From positions 32,001 to 96,000 of the IMG/VR virus record IMGVR_UViG_3300028797_000108: a DNA stretch of 64,000 nucleotides, one strand, 5' to 3'. A model generated the notes under the pieces. The model saw nothing but the letters and a program-made list of their open reading frames with translations, was not told where the DNA came from and did not search any database. Source of the DNA: a virus (Duplodnaviria > Caudoviricetes). Shown piece by piece: positions 28,039 through 39,208 of this stretch; position 1 is the stretch's first letter; every line of letters starts with the position of its first letter. A program made the translations under genes and the position numbers.

Positions 28039-30813
28039 ATGATTAAGAATAGCAGTTTTGATTTTAGCTATGACTATCTAAGATTTGACACGACATGGCT
28101 GTTCGAGTGGAACTATGAACAGATTACAGATGACACTATCAAGTTCTATCCATTCACCGAAACAGGCAATAGCACTACTTGGAAGTTCAGAGCTACAGCT
28201 GATGAGTCAGGAAAGGAACCTGCGTCAGCTATCATTAAGCATGATGAATTCGTCTGGGACGCATTGGAGCCTTGGCTTGAATATCATGAAGACGAAGTAA
28301 AGAAGTGGGATGCGTCTCACCCGAAGAACCCTACTCGCTATCTCTCACCAGGTTCTTCATTCATCACCATCACCAACTCAATTGAGACGGTGGTTATTGA
28401 CAACGTTCCGCCTGCATTTGTTTCCGATAAAGGAACCGAATATGTTTGGATATGCGATAAGAAAACACGCCGCGATGTAAAGCGCCACTGTGAATTTATT
28501 TTCAGAGACCAAGCAGGCCTTGACTTCAAGAACTTTGAAGTGACTATCCCAGCATCGGAAACTGACCCTGAAATTGTCATCTATAAGTATGACCGTAAAA
28601 AGGAACCAACTGCATCTGAGGAAAACCCGAACCCAATCATCGGCGTTGACCCATTAACTAACATGCCTTACATTGACGAATACTCATTGAAGATTTCGTC
28701 AGATGGTTTCCATACATACAAGGTTCAGTTTGATTTGCTTTACGGCGCATCTGACCCTGAAGTGAAACGCCTTAATGACGATGGCTTAGCAATATCTGTA
28801 TGGGATAAAGCCGGCAACGTTTCAACATATACATTCGGAGGAAACGGCAGCGAAAAGCGTAAGTGGGTTCTTATTGACTCAATGGACGATATCTCCGAAC
28901 TGCAGCCTTTGGTAATTAAGTTCTATGACCATGACCCAGCAAACAGAGTAGTTGATGAAAACTCTTTAGGCTCTGTTTGGGTGTCAGTCTATAACCCGAA
29001 TACAGACTTCTGGCCGATTGACATTATGGCTGGTCTAGCAGGACCAGGTAAAGATGAACAACCTAATGACCTAATTCACGATATGTTCAGCGGTGCTGAC
29101 ATTGACATCAGCACATACGACGATTCACAATACGCAACAACAGGCGTGATTCGTTTCAAGGTCATAAACATTGCGAAGGGTGGCAACATTGACATTGAAG
29201 CTTGGCTACATACAGGCGTCAAGATCTTTGATGATATGATACAGACCTCGACCTACGCTATTGAAAGCGATGGTCCGTGGATTGTTATGGACTCCGAAGG
29301 TCGTAAGTATAACATCCAGCGTTATGTTCCGAAGTACTTAAGAAACACTGATTACTTCGAGTTCATCAAGTTCTTTGAACTTTACTTGAATACCGTTTAC
29401 ACGAATATGACAAAGGGCACCAATATCTCAATCCTTGAAAAGATTGCGAAGATCGGTGACTTCAATGATATTGACCGAATTGAACATGGCATGATTTGGC
29501 ATTATGCTAAGCAGTTCGGTATGGAATATAACATTGACCTACAGACAATGATTGACCTAAACCTTGGCTTCAGCAACCCTGCAGTGGTAAAGGACGCCAA
29601 CGGTCAAATCATCTATGAAAAGGACGGCAAGACACCTAAGAGAGCCGCTTACATCAACGGCCGAACTGAAGACGATGTCATTGACATTTTGAAGTATGCC
29701 TTGAAGAACCTTCCGATGTATAACCAGCTTAAGGGTTCTGTCAAGGGTATGGTGTTCGCAATGAAGATGTTCTCACTGAGCTGCAAGGTGATTAACTTGT
29801 GGTGTAAGCTAGGACCGGAAGTTGAAGAACATCCTGACTTCGTTGAAGAAGACCGCATGTTTGACTTCACCTCACACTTCTTGACCTCAAGATTCAACCT
29901 TGAGTTCAACTCGCTAAACGTTGACTTCCCTACCTTCAACGATAACCTTGAAGTATTCGTTCGTTTCATCAAGAGTATCAAGCCTATCGTTCGTATCTTG
30001 AACTTGATTAAGTACACAATCATCTTTGAATACGATTTGCATTGGCTCGTGAACCCGTATGTTCATGATGACTTTGAAGGACAAGGCGATGACAGCTACC
30101 TATACACGCTCACTTGGAAGAATGAAGAACTGGCTGAAATGATTGAACGAACAAGAGTAGACTGGAGGGTCATGCATGCCACACGCTTGTGGGTTAACTT
30201 TGTGCCGCACAGCATTGCCACTGAAAAGACAAAACAGGAAGTAGGTGAAGTAAGCCCTGCTGATATGGAGAATGCTTACACATTGCTCTCAACAATGATT
30301 AACGAATCACGACACAAATTCATCTTCAAGATGAACGCTGATTATGACATCAATTATGAAGTTGACATTCGTGATAAGTATGATCCGACTGGTGAATGGA
30401 CACACGAAACAACATACGACCTCGATGTGACAGGTGACACTGAACACTTCGAGTTCATCAAGGAAATGAAGTTGACAGACATTGACATTACAATGTGTGA
30501 CAGCGGTTTCTACATCTATCCTAAGGATGGTGAAATGGCTACTCACTTGGCTGAATTTGTAAAGCCAGTCTACTACCTTGAAAATTACGCTGCTGACAAG
30601 GCTGATGAAGCTCGTGAACAGCTCATCGCAGCAATCATGGCAGACGACGAATTGACTGAAGAACAAAAGGCTGCCGCTGTTAACCGTGTCAAGACTCGTT
30701 TGGAAATCCGTATCAGAATTACCAATCTTGATGACTGTGCTGACTTAACAATGACAACCCAAATCAGACATGTGCCTGGAACTGAAATTTGTTATTGCGA
30801 ACCTTTGGAATAA
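28039..30813 (+). CDS. baseplate wedge protein, gp7-like
   Basis: YVPKYLR..FIKFFELYL, DIDRI..IWHYAKQFG and LPMYNQLKGS match the gp7/P2-gpI wedge domain. Confidence 0.6.
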   Translation: MIKNSSFDFSYDYLRFDTTWLFEWNYEQITDDTIKFYPFTETGNSTTWKFRATADESGKEPASAIIKHDEFVWDALEPWLEYHEDEVKKWDASHPKNPTRYLSPGSSFITITNSIETVVIDNVPPAFVSDKGTEYVWICDKKTRRDVKRHCEFIFRDQAGLDFKNFEVTIPASETDPEIVIYKYDRKKEPTASEENPNPIIGVDPLTNMPYIDEYSLKISSDGFHTYKVQFDLLYGASDPEVKRLNDDGLAISVWDKAGNVSTYTFGGNGSEKRKWVLIDSMDDISELQPLVIKFYDHDPANRVVDENSLGSVWVSVYNPNTDFWPIDIMAGLAGPGKDEQPNDLIHDMFSGADIDISTYDDSQYATTGVIRFKVINIAKGGNIDIEAWLHTGVKIFDDMIQTSTYAIESDGPWIVMDSEGRKYNIQRYVPKYLRNTDYFEFIKFFELYLNTVYTNMTKGTNISILEKIAKIGDFNDIDRIEHGMIWHYAKQFGMEYNIDLQTMIDLNLGFSNPAVVKDANGQIIYEKDGKTPKRAAYINGRTEDDVIDILKYALKNLPMYNQLKGSVKGMVFAMKMFSLSCKVINLWCKLGPEVEEHPDFVEEDRMFDFTSHFLTSRFNLEFNSLNVDFPTFNDNLEVFVRFIKSIKPIVRILNLIKYTIIFEYDLHWLVNPYVHDDFEGQGDDSYLYTLTWKNEELAEMIERTRVDWRVMHATRLWVNFVPHSIATEKTKQEVGEVSPADMENAYTLLSTMINESRHKFIFKMNADYDINYEVDIRDKYDPTGEWTHETTYDLDVTGDTEHFEFIKEMKLTDIDITMCDSGFYIYPKDGEMATHLAEFVKPVYYLENYAADKADEAREQLIAAIMADDELTEEQKAAAVNRVKTRLEIRIRITNLDDCADLTMTTQIRHVPGTEICYCEPLE

Positions 30814-30836
30814 ATATAAAAAGGATTTAAGAAGCT

Positions 30837-33284
30837 ATGTCAAGTTATAGAGCAGAACAAAAAGAATGCGTTATTACTCGCCAGGGACAGGCGAACATTT
30901 ATAAGCAGGGCAACGGTTTTAAGTTTGCTCTGCAGGGCTATGCTTTGTTTAAGGATGTCAACGGATGGCTCCAACAAAAGTGCTTGAAAATTGACAATGA
31001 CGGCACAGACGAAGAGGGTCAGGACGCCGGCAGTAAGGACGATGAATTTGACTTCAACTGCCTTCGTGATTTTACGCTTGATGATGTTAAGAAAAACCTG
31101 AACGTCATCTTCAAGGGCGTCACTTATTCGTATGACAACAACCTTCACCGCCCAAATGCTATTCAGTATGCAAATGCCTGGGACGATGTTGAAAATCATC
31201 TGTTCCCTCTGCAGCACGCATACAACTATGACGAATCATATTACACCGACGCTGATGGCGACGGCAAAGAAGACGAGCAAATGAACAATTATGACAACAC
31301 CTATGTTTCATATGATGTTGTCATTAACCGTGAACTTGTTGACGTAACTGATGTGACAGGTGACCAAACCTTTGACGGTATCATCTATATTGCTCGTCCG
31401 TTCAAGAATGAACCACAGGATGATAACCTAGACATTCTTGACCCACAGAAGCCGGTACTGTTCGCAATTTCATACTTCGCTGTTGATAAGTTGATGATCT
31501 TGAAGGAACAGAAAGATCGCCTTGTCATGAATGTTGAAATGCATGTAGGATATGCCTACGATGAAAACGGCGAAGACGCTATCGTTGACATTCAAAACCA
31601 AATGCCTGAAGGCTATAATGAAAAGGGTTTGGTCCAAGGCATTCACCTTGCTAATGATGCTTCAACGAATACATTGAATGACTGTGAAAGCTATGAAACT
31701 GTAAATAAGTTATTCATCACATCAGTACCTGATGAAGAAATTAAACCGTATGATGTATTCTCTAAGTTGAACATCATGTCTCAGGGTACTGAACGAATTG
31801 CGGAATCTACACCGCAGTTGATGTTCTCGTTGGTTAACAACAAAGGAAACAAATCATGGAACGGTCAACGCCTAGCATTTAACTATGCTTCAGGTGGTCG
31901 TGCTCCTTTGTTCAGAATTTTTGAATTGGCAGGCGCCGGTAAGCAACGCATCAACGTTGAATTGCTTGGCGTGAACAACCTTTATCAGAACATAAAGGGT
32001 ATCTACGGCAACTCTTTCATCTACTCACAAGAAAACGAATTGCCGACATCAGCGTTTGATAACACATTCATCAACTCTGATAGCAACATCCTTTATGCTC
32101 ACGCGGCAAACAACATCTCCTTCATCAACTCGAACTTTAACGTCGTTCAGTCTGGGACGGAATCGGTATTCCATCAGTTCCCAGGCACAAACAATGTGAC
32201 ATTCATGGAGACTGATAACTCTGTTGTCACACCGTGGTATTCAACTTACTACACCTCTAGCTACTCTGGAGACAAGGGAGTCAAGGGTCATAAGGGTAGA
32301 GTTGTTTGGACACCGTATACCGTTGGTGGTCACTTGTCACAGCACTTCTTGCTTGACTCTGACTACTCATTCATCAACGGTCACAACAACGATGACTTCC
32401 ACGGCACATACATTTCAACGCCGTCAGCAAAGCACGTGTTCAGTGAATACTCACAGCACGATCTTGAAATCGGTAATATGTATGGCTACACGAATAACAA
32501 CAGTGGCAACCTAATTGCTATCGGTCGTGGCTTGACATATGTCAAGGGTCAGGGCGATAAGATCCTTCTTGGTCATTTCAACTTGAATGACAAGGATCCT
32601 GACAATGTGCTCATTGTTGGTGACGGTTTCGTATCGGAAGATTATTTGAAGAAGATTAGCCACTTGCTTGATGGCTCAAATGACAATAACCGCTTCTTCA
32701 ATGCCATCGGCTGTAAGGGCGAAGGCGAACGCGGCGATATGGTTAACTTCTATCGCCATAACTTGTTCACCGTCAACCGTAAGGGTTGGGTGGGTATCTC
32801 TGATTATACACATCCTGAAAACTCTGCACGATATGGCTTTAGCGGTATCACGGCCTTCTGTAAGGGTGCAAGATATGACATCCCGTTCTCATCAGTGTAT
32901 GCTAAGTTGAACGTCTATGACTCTATGAAGGAGTTCCAGAACGTCATTGACAGCTACACCGATAAGGTTCAGGCAATTAACAACACAATGCCTACTAACA
33001 AGAGCATTGTTATCAGCGCTGCCACAAACCTTGAAGAATACTTCAAGACTGATATTTCGGCTCTTAAGTCCAACTCAATAATCAACGTTACCTATCAGAC
33101 AACGGCAACAAAGGCTGACCCTGACTTTAGAACAACCGTTACATCATACCGTATGTATAGAAATGGCGATGGTCTAACAAAGACATACGACATTCGCAGA
33201 GTCTCTGCTTATAACTCTCTTCAGTATTTGTATCTGAGAGATACCAGCAACAACATGACTGGTTTCTTCAGTATAAATAATTAA
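30837..33284 (+). CDS. putative tail fibre protein A
   Basis: Asn/Ser-rich beta-helix-like region, short collagen tract GDKGVKGHKG and LIVGDG...RHNLFTV motif; N-terminus similar to the next ORF. Confidence 0.55.
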   Translation: MSSYRAEQKECVITRQGQANIYKQGNGFKFALQGYALFKDVNGWLQQKCLKIDNDGTDEEGQDAGSKDDEFDFNCLRDFTLDDVKKNLNVIFKGVTYSYDNNLHRPNAIQYANAWDDVENHLFPLQHAYNYDESYYTDADGDGKEDEQMNNYDNTYVSYDVVINRELVDVTDVTGDQTFDGIIYIARPFKNEPQDDNLDILDPQKPVLFAISYFAVDKLMILKEQKDRLVMNVEMHVGYAYDENGEDAIVDIQNQMPEGYNEKGLVQGIHLANDASTNTLNDCESYETVNKLFITSVPDEEIKPYDVFSKLNIMSQGTERIAESTPQLMFSLVNNKGNKSWNGQRLAFNYASGGRAPLFRIFELAGAGKQRINVELLGVNNLYQNIKGIYGNSFIYSQENELPTSAFDNTFINSDSNILYAHAANNISFINSNFNVVQSGTESVFHQFPGTNNVTFMETDNSVVTPWYSTYYTSSYSGDKGVKGHKGRVVWTPYTVGGHLSQHFLLDSDYSFINGHNNDDFHGTYISTPSAKHVFSEYSQHDLEIGNMYGYTNNNSGNLIAIGRGLTYVKGQGDKILLGHFNLNDKDPDNVLIVGDGFVSEDYLKKISHLLDGSNDNNRFFNAIGCKGEGERGDMVNFYRHNLFTVNRKGWVGISDYTHPENSARYGFSGITAFCKGARYDIPFSSVYAKLNVYDSMKEFQNVIDSYTDKVQAINNTMPTNKSIVISAATNLEEYFKTDISALKSNSIINVTYQTTATKADPDFRTTVTSYRMYRNGDGLTKTYDIRRVSAYNSLQYLYLRDTSNNMTGFFSINN
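33272..33279 (+). promoter_or_regulatory. late promoter TATAAATA
   Basis: Exact consensus upstream of the 1647-aa gene. Confidence 0.75.
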
Positions 33285-33298
33285 AGAAGAGTTATAAC

Positions 33299-36200
33299 AT
33301 GAAGATTATACATACATCAGATTTCAAAAACAACACTATCCTCGCTGAACGCGGTATCAAATGCGTGATCCGAGGATATGCTTTTGTCAATGACACAAAG
33401 AAGTGGCTTGAAAAGAAGTATGCTGATGCATACGCCTTTGAGGATATTACTCTTGAAGAATTGTGTGACAACTGTGTTCTTGTGACTGATGAAGACAAGC
33501 ACGACTCTGACATCCTAAACAACCTGTTTGATGTCACTTTTGAACCGTGCTTGGAATTGACGGTTCCTGAAACAACAGATGATAAAGGCACAGTCCTTGG
33601 TGGGGAAAAGTTTGGTACTTACAAGATTCGCATCAACTCAGCATTGAACAACAAGACAAGAAACGGTATCATGGGCACATACCGTGCTATCGTTCTAATC
33701 GGTGAAAAATACACCGAAGATAAGTGGCATGTTATCACACAGAAGAAATCCTACATCGCTATGTGGATTTGGTTCGGCGCAGGTGACAGCCCTTGCTTTG
33801 CTGAAAAGTCAAAAGGCTTGGTAATTACAAAGGACACTGCATTTACGATTAACGTGCAGTTCTCTTTGTCGCAGCTCGGTGAGCTTCCTTCTCCGGTTGA
33901 GCTTGATGAAGACTATGCCGAAATCATGAAGAACTCAAATCAGAAGGACCAGACTACAATTAAGTTGGACCTTCCAGGCGCATTCCTTGTTCCATCGGGC
34001 AAGGAATATAAGACTCGTGTTGAACTTGAAAACGGCAAGAAGATTGAAAACGAAGGCATTGCCTATATGGATAAGACGCTCAATCTTATCCCTAATACAT
34101 ACAAGAACAACAACATCTTCAATGTCACTCCGAGAGTGAACATCTTTGACGAACATGATGATAAGTTCGTCAAGCCTCAGTTGTTGCTTTCTTACGGTGG
34201 TAAGACATCGGGCGATATTTTCGCAGCTCAGAGCATCGGCTTTGAATATGATCCGAGCTATTTCAAGATGAATGAAAAGGCTCCTACTGCTGCGACAAGA
34301 ATTGACTTGTTCGGCGGAGCAACGAAGCGCGAAAACGCAAACTACGATGACTCTAAGTTTGACCAGACCTCTGGTTATATGCGTCTATTGTGTGACCGTG
34401 GCTATCACGAAATTGGTGAGAACGATTTGTTCATCAAGTCAAATGACAATACCGCTGGTATGTTTGACGGCTCAATGATTTTGAGCGAAGACAACAGAAT
34501 CGTAACCTCATCATACGACACTCATGTGATTGACTCACGCGGAACATCTGCATCTGCAATTTCCGGTGGTTTAATCATTGACTCTGAAAAGATTTTTGGA
34601 CAAGACCAATTTGGCTTGACAGCTATTGCTGCTCAGCGTGCTTCGGCATTCACAGCAACAAACGGCTATGATCCTGTCAGTGGTGATGTTTATCGTTGTC
34701 CTGATTGTGACGGCACAGGTAAGATTGGTACTGACCTGTATTTCGTTGTCATTGAATATAACGGATTTGCGTATGATTCCGTTGTTTATAAGGAAGATGA
34801 TACATTCCAGCACAGCGGTGACATCGGTCGTGAAATACCTACGAATTATCCTAACCCAAGAATAAATGTTTTGGCAGAAGAAGTTGCCAATGCTTTGAAC
34901 ACAGGCGACCCATACATTGACCCAGCATGGGGTTTCACAACGCTGGAAGACGCAGAAGCATTTGCGGCTGATGTAAGAGCTAACTGCTCATTCGCAGTAA
35001 GCAACCTCGCATTCGTCGTTAAGCTAGCGGCACAAGAATGCTCACGCTGTGGCGGCGATGGACACTTCGGTGCATACGGTCTCCCTGGCCGTTTGTCAAT
35101 GATGGGCTTGAACGTTTCATCAGTTGAGTTCAACGGCTACAACAACTTCTTCATTGGCCATAAGGGATTGCTTTCAAACTTCGGTCATGACGCCGTTGTA
35201 TTTGGTAATCATAACGCTTGCGGCAATAAAGAATATGAAATGTGTGAACACTGTGAAGGTACTGGCCGTATCCTATGTACTACATGTACTGGTGAAGATG
35301 GTAGACCTCGCGGTGTTGTCACCGGACATCCTACTGTCACTTGCTCTAGCTGTTATGGATTTGGCTATGTGAACTACTCAGCTGACATCTGCACTAACTG
35401 TAGCGGTAAGGGTTATTTGAATGATGACCCATCACAGGTTTGCCCAATATGTTTAGGTAAGAATTCTCATTCAGGTGTTAACCCTGATGATTGGGAAGGC
35501 TTCTACACATGCCAAGATTATGTTTCGGCAAATGACGCTATTTACGAATGCCGACTTTGCTCAGGTAAGAAGGAAATTATTGACACATCAACCACCGCAT
35601 GGCTGCCTTGTCCTGATTGTTCAGGCTATGGTCAAATGATTGACCCTGACTGTGGTGGCTTGGGCTACATTGAAAGCTATGAACATGCACCGAGATACTC
35701 TGCATGCCCTACTTGCCATGAAACATTGATGACATGTACCGCATGTAGCGGTCAGGGCTACACCGGCGATGATCCGACAATTCCTTGTGAATTGTGTGGC
35801 GGTGACAAACAAGTTTGCTCAACCTGTTCAGGAACAGGCGGATATGAATGCCCTGAATGCCACGGCACACAAATTGTTGAATGTCCTGAATGTGTGGTAC
35901 ATGCTCAAACTGCGCTGTGCCCTCTATGTAGCGGCTTGCTTGTTGAACCCGATCCTGCATCATTGTCTGATGATGGTAATATCTCATGGGCAAGCACTGA
36001 TAATAGAGAAAAGATTCTTGCATGGCTACCTACATGTAGTGGTATGGGTGACCGCGATAGTGCCAGCGGTGCATTCTCAGCATCTATCGGACTTAAGATT
36101 TATGCATCATTGGTGAAAAACCCATGTACTGCATGTGAAGGTACTGGTATTGATGAAAACACTTGCTACGGTGAATTTTATGAAGTATACACCGATGAAG

Positions 36201-38242
36201 ATGGTGAACACAACGATCTGATTGGCTTCACAAAGCAAACTGAAAGAGCACCAACTTGGGTACCTAACTTTGAAGACGCTACCATTTACACTAGCAAGCA
36301 AACCTGTTCAGCACAAACATCATATGTATATCCTTATGCACCTCACGGCGGACGCATAACAAAAACACTTGTTTCTATACCTAAGGTTTGTGAACACTGT
36401 GGTGGCGGTGGTGGCTATGATGAAACAAATCACACGGTTGATAAGAGAATCATTTGTCCTTGCTGTAATAAGCTCTTCACTTATACCACAAGCTCACGTC
36501 CTGACGTATATAAAGTTGGTCCAACAACTGCACATTCAGTAGACGGAACTTACACATATTCGGCAATGTATCGTGATATGTTAAGCTTGGCGAATAACAG
36601 ATACTGCGGAACTCCGGGTTACTATTATAAAGTTAAGCCAAATGTTGGTTATCATGAATGCGACCTATGTCATGGTACTCAGGTACTTACATGGGATCAG
36701 GCTCGTGAACTAGAAGGCTGGGACGAAGAAATGATGAAGAACGTAATTGGTTCTCGTCCTGAAAGCCCATTATATCACATGATACTTGTTGGCGAAGACT
36801 GGTATTCAGTTACTGGTGGTAAAGCTGACGGCATGATTTGTCCTAAGTGCATGAACATGAAACCGCTTAAGAGCGAAGTTGACTATCAAACTAGCCATAG
36901 CTATAATTCTACACTAACCGATTGGTATCGTGCATTCTCAGGCATTAACATGCATGATACATTCTCGCATGAAAACATGCAGGACTTTGAAAGCAACATT
37001 GAACTTGATGGTATTGTCAATTTAGACGGTGGTTATACCGCAGCTTGCGATGCATGTAACTATAGAGGTACTCAGCCTTATACAAAATGGGGTCAGATTA
37101 AGTGTCCTACTTGCGTAGAAGGCATTGTTCCTTGTGATGCTTGTGACGGCGTAAAACATTGGCTATGTCCAACATGTTCCGGCGAAGGAAAGGTCAAGTA
37201 TCGCCCAATCGTTGCATACGAAGACGGCGGTGTTGTTAAGGTCGGTGATGGCTACTTCTATAAGAACCTGATGTCAAATCAGCAGGCATTTAACTTGTAT
37301 GACGATTACATCAACATCAAACCTGAAAACAACTGTGACCTAGACATTGGTCAGTACTTGAAGCGTATGAACGTATTCTCTGTTGAGAATCACGGTATGC
37401 TCTTAACACATAACAACAACTACGATGAAATCCCTGACTCAAATGTGACACACCGCGAGGCAGTTGACTTCTTCGCAGTTCGTAATTGGGCTAAGTATGA
37501 TTCGTTGTCAGAACGCTTTGCTAACCTGCAGAATGGTTGCTATTCACCTGACACAATCTACTTCACGAAGCGCACCGCTCATAACGAACAGTGGAAGCTC
37601 CGTATCCGTGAACTTGACTACTTGATACACGACAACTACATCAAGACTAACGCAAGCATGTTGAAGACAGCAGCATTGAATAAGGCTATCTCTGACTTCT
37701 ACAAGAAGAACACATCATTCTTGCTAACGCTTGGTCCTATCATCACCTACCGTTGGGACTACATCAAGGGTTCAAAGGGTGCTAAGGGAACCAAGGGTTG
37801 GAAGGGTCGTAAAGGTATCAAGGGAGTTACCCTAGGTCTTAAGGGTAAGAAGGGACTTGCCGGTCTTAAGGGTCTCAAGGGAACTAAGGGCTATAAGGGA
37901 ATGGAATTGAAAATTCTCGATATGCGCTACAAGTTCTACATTGAAGATATCTTGAAGGCAACACAGGCTGAATTTGGAAGATACATTTCAAATAACGGCA
38001 ACCTTGGTAAGAACCCGAACACTTATACCTTCTACTGCGTAAACGGTGACCCGAAGGAAAACCTATACTTCAAGGGCGTTCGTCTCCGTAAGATGTCAAA
38101 CGGTAACTACCAGACCTTGAACGCTGTCAAGGGTATCCGCCCGGCAGAAGTTCAACGCATCCTTTATAAGGATAATGGTTACTACGGTGAATACGGTGTA
38201 ATGAACTTCAACTACGCTTACAATAATAAGTTCCTAACCTAA
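33299..38242 (+). CDS. putative giant tail fibre B with DnaJ-type zinc-finger array and collagen tract
   Basis: ~25 CxxC(xGxG) motifs; VKVGDG...RMNVFSV motif shared with fibre A; ~15 collagen-like Gly triplets, mostly G-x-K. Confidence 0.6.
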   Translation: MKIIHTSDFKNNTILAERGIKCVIRGYAFVNDTKKWLEKKYADAYAFEDITLEELCDNCVLVTDEDKHDSDILNNLFDVTFEPCLELTVPETTDDKGTVLGGEKFGTYKIRINSALNNKTRNGIMGTYRAIVLIGEKYTEDKWHVITQKKSYIAMWIWFGAGDSPCFAEKSKGLVITKDTAFTINVQFSLSQLGELPSPVELDEDYAEIMKNSNQKDQTTIKLDLPGAFLVPSGKEYKTRVELENGKKIENEGIAYMDKTLNLIPNTYKNNNIFNVTPRVNIFDEHDDKFVKPQLLLSYGGKTSGDIFAAQSIGFEYDPSYFKMNEKAPTAATRIDLFGGATKRENANYDDSKFDQTSGYMRLLCDRGYHEIGENDLFIKSNDNTAGMFDGSMILSEDNRIVTSSYDTHVIDSRGTSASAISGGLIIDSEKIFGQDQFGLTAIAAQRASAFTATNGYDPVSGDVYRCPDCDGTGKIGTDLYFVVIEYNGFAYDSVVYKEDDTFQHSGDIGREIPTNYPNPRINVLAEEVANALNTGDPYIDPAWGFTTLEDAEAFAADVRANCSFAVSNLAFVVKLAAQECSRCGGDGHFGAYGLPGRLSMMGLNVSSVEFNGYNNFFIGHKGLLSNFGHDAVVFGNHNACGNKEYEMCEHCEGTGRILCTTCTGEDGRPRGVVTGHPTVTCSSCYGFGYVNYSADICTNCSGKGYLNDDPSQVCPICLGKNSHSGVNPDDWEGFYTCQDYVSANDAIYECRLCSGKKEIIDTSTTAWLPCPDCSGYGQMIDPDCGGLGYIESYEHAPRYSACPTCHETLMTCTACSGQGYTGDDPTIPCELCGGDKQVCSTCSGTGGYECPECHGTQIVECPECVVHAQTALCPLCSGLLVEPDPASLSDDGNISWASTDNREKILAWLPTCSGMGDRDSASGAFSASIGLKIYASLVKNPCTACEGTGIDENTCYGEFYEVYTDEDGEHNDLIGFTKQTERAPTWVPNFEDATIYTSKQTCSAQTSYVYPYAPHGGRITKTLVSIPKVCEHCGGGGGYDETNHTVDKRIICPCCNKLFTYTTSSRPDVYKVGPTTAHSVDGTYTYSAMYRDMLSLANNRYCGTPGYYYKVKPNVGYHECDLCHGTQVLTWDQARELEGWDEEMMKNVIGSRPESPLYHMILVGEDWYSVTGGKADGMICPKCMNMKPLKSEVDYQTSHSYNSTLTDWYRAFSGINMHDTFSHENMQDFESNIELDGIVNLDGGYTAACDACNYRGTQPYTKWGQIKCPTCVEGIVPCDACDGVKHWLCPTCSGEGKVKYRPIVAYEDGGVVKVGDGYFYKNLMSNQQAFNLYDDYINIKPENNCDLDIGQYLKRMNVFSVENHGMLLTHNNNYDEIPDSNVTHREAVDFFAVRNWAKYDSLSERFANLQNGCYSPDTIYFTKRTAHNEQWKLRIRELDYLIHDNYIKTNASMLKTAALNKAISDFYKKNTSFLLTLGPIITYRWDYIKGSKGAKGTKGWKGRKGIKGVTLGLKGKKGLAGLKGLKGTKGYKGMELKILDMRYKFYIEDILKATQAEFGRYISNNGNLGKNPNTYTFYCVNGDPKENLYFKGVRLRKMSNGNYQTLNAVKGIRPAEVQRILYKDNGYYGEYGVMNFNYAYNNKFLT
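37766..37900 (+). repeat. collagen-like (KGx)n repeat
   Basis: KGSKGAKGTKGWKGRKGIKGVTLGLKGKKGLAGLKGLKGTKGYKG. Confidence 0.85.
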
Positions 38243-38256
38243 TTCCTTCTCAGCCA

Positions 38257-38264
38257 TATAAATA
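38257..38264 (+). promoter_or_regulatory. late promoter TATAAATA
   Basis: Exact consensus 8 nt before ATG. Confidence 0.75.
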
Positions 38265-38272
38265 CAATAAGT

Positions 38273-39208
38273 ATGGCTGAGATTTTTATTAAGAACGATG
38301 ATGGCGAAATGAAAAAGGTCGGCAACGCTTCTGCCGACCAGTTTTCGCGCATACAGAATGACACTAACATCGGTGACATTAAGAAAGAGCTTGATGATTA
38401 CTGGACCGAAGAAAAGCTTGGTAAGCACACCGACTTAAAGTCAAAGCACGGCACAATCCTTATGAAGGACTTGAAGGTGCCTGCGTCGGATTTCTTTGAA
38501 CAGGTAAAAGAAAATCATTTCAAGTTTCAGGACTTTGGACCGATCTCTCTAGGTTCATTCTTAAAGAAAGCAAAGATTGATTTGTATGTGCAGCCTTCTT
38601 ATGTTGAGGACTGCTTGAAGGTGACTACTCCACGCCCTGCTATTGGACGAGGGGAATTCTTGTTTGTTGCTACATTCAACAACATACGCTTCTCAGCAGG
38701 GAAGGGTGACTTGGTTGACTCTGATGGCAACCGTATAGAAGTTAAGGGCAAGCATGCCAACTTCGGTTCAGAAGGACCATACAAGCAAATGAACCAATCA
38801 TTGATGTATGGCATCTATTCGCAGTTTGGAACAAACACAGAAGCAAAGGACCTAACCCTTGAAACAATGGAAGAACTCCAGAATTTGTTGCTGAAGAACC
38901 CACAAAAGGTGGCGAAGGTTATGGCACTGCTTCAAAATCTCAAAAACCCTAGCGCAAGTCTTACTAATCAAATGGTCGAGTTGTTTAACAATACCCACGA
39001 CCTCAAGCTTGTAATAGCGGCTACACACTTTTTGACATATATGAAAGTTCAAAAGGCAAACTTCCTTTTGGCTATCAATGACAAGGTATTCTGGGGTTTC
39101 AAGGCACCAGCCGGTCTTTCACAGGCTGCTGAAATCATGAAGAATTTCAACATCAACGGCTGGATGACAGGCAACAAAGGTATTTCATTTACGGTAAAGA
39201 ATGGCTAA
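38273..39208 (+). CDS. PD-(D/E)XK-like nuclease-fold protein
   Basis: GRGEFLF...GKGDLVDSDGNRIEVKG gives an E...D...EVK catalytic pattern. Confidence 0.55.
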   Translation: MAEIFIKNDDGEMKKVGNASADQFSRIQNDTNIGDIKKELDDYWTEEKLGKHTDLKSKHGTILMKDLKVPASDFFEQVKENHFKFQDFGPISLGSFLKKAKIDLYVQPSYVEDCLKVTTPRPAIGRGEFLFVATFNNIRFSAGKGDLVDSDGNRIEVKGKHANFGSEGPYKQMNQSLMYGIYSQFGTNTEAKDLTLETMEELQNLLLKNPQKVAKVMALLQNLKNPSASLTNQMVELFNNTHDLKLVIAATHFLTYMKVQKANFLLAINDKVFWGFKAPAGLSQAAEIMKNFNINGWMTGNKGISFTVKNG

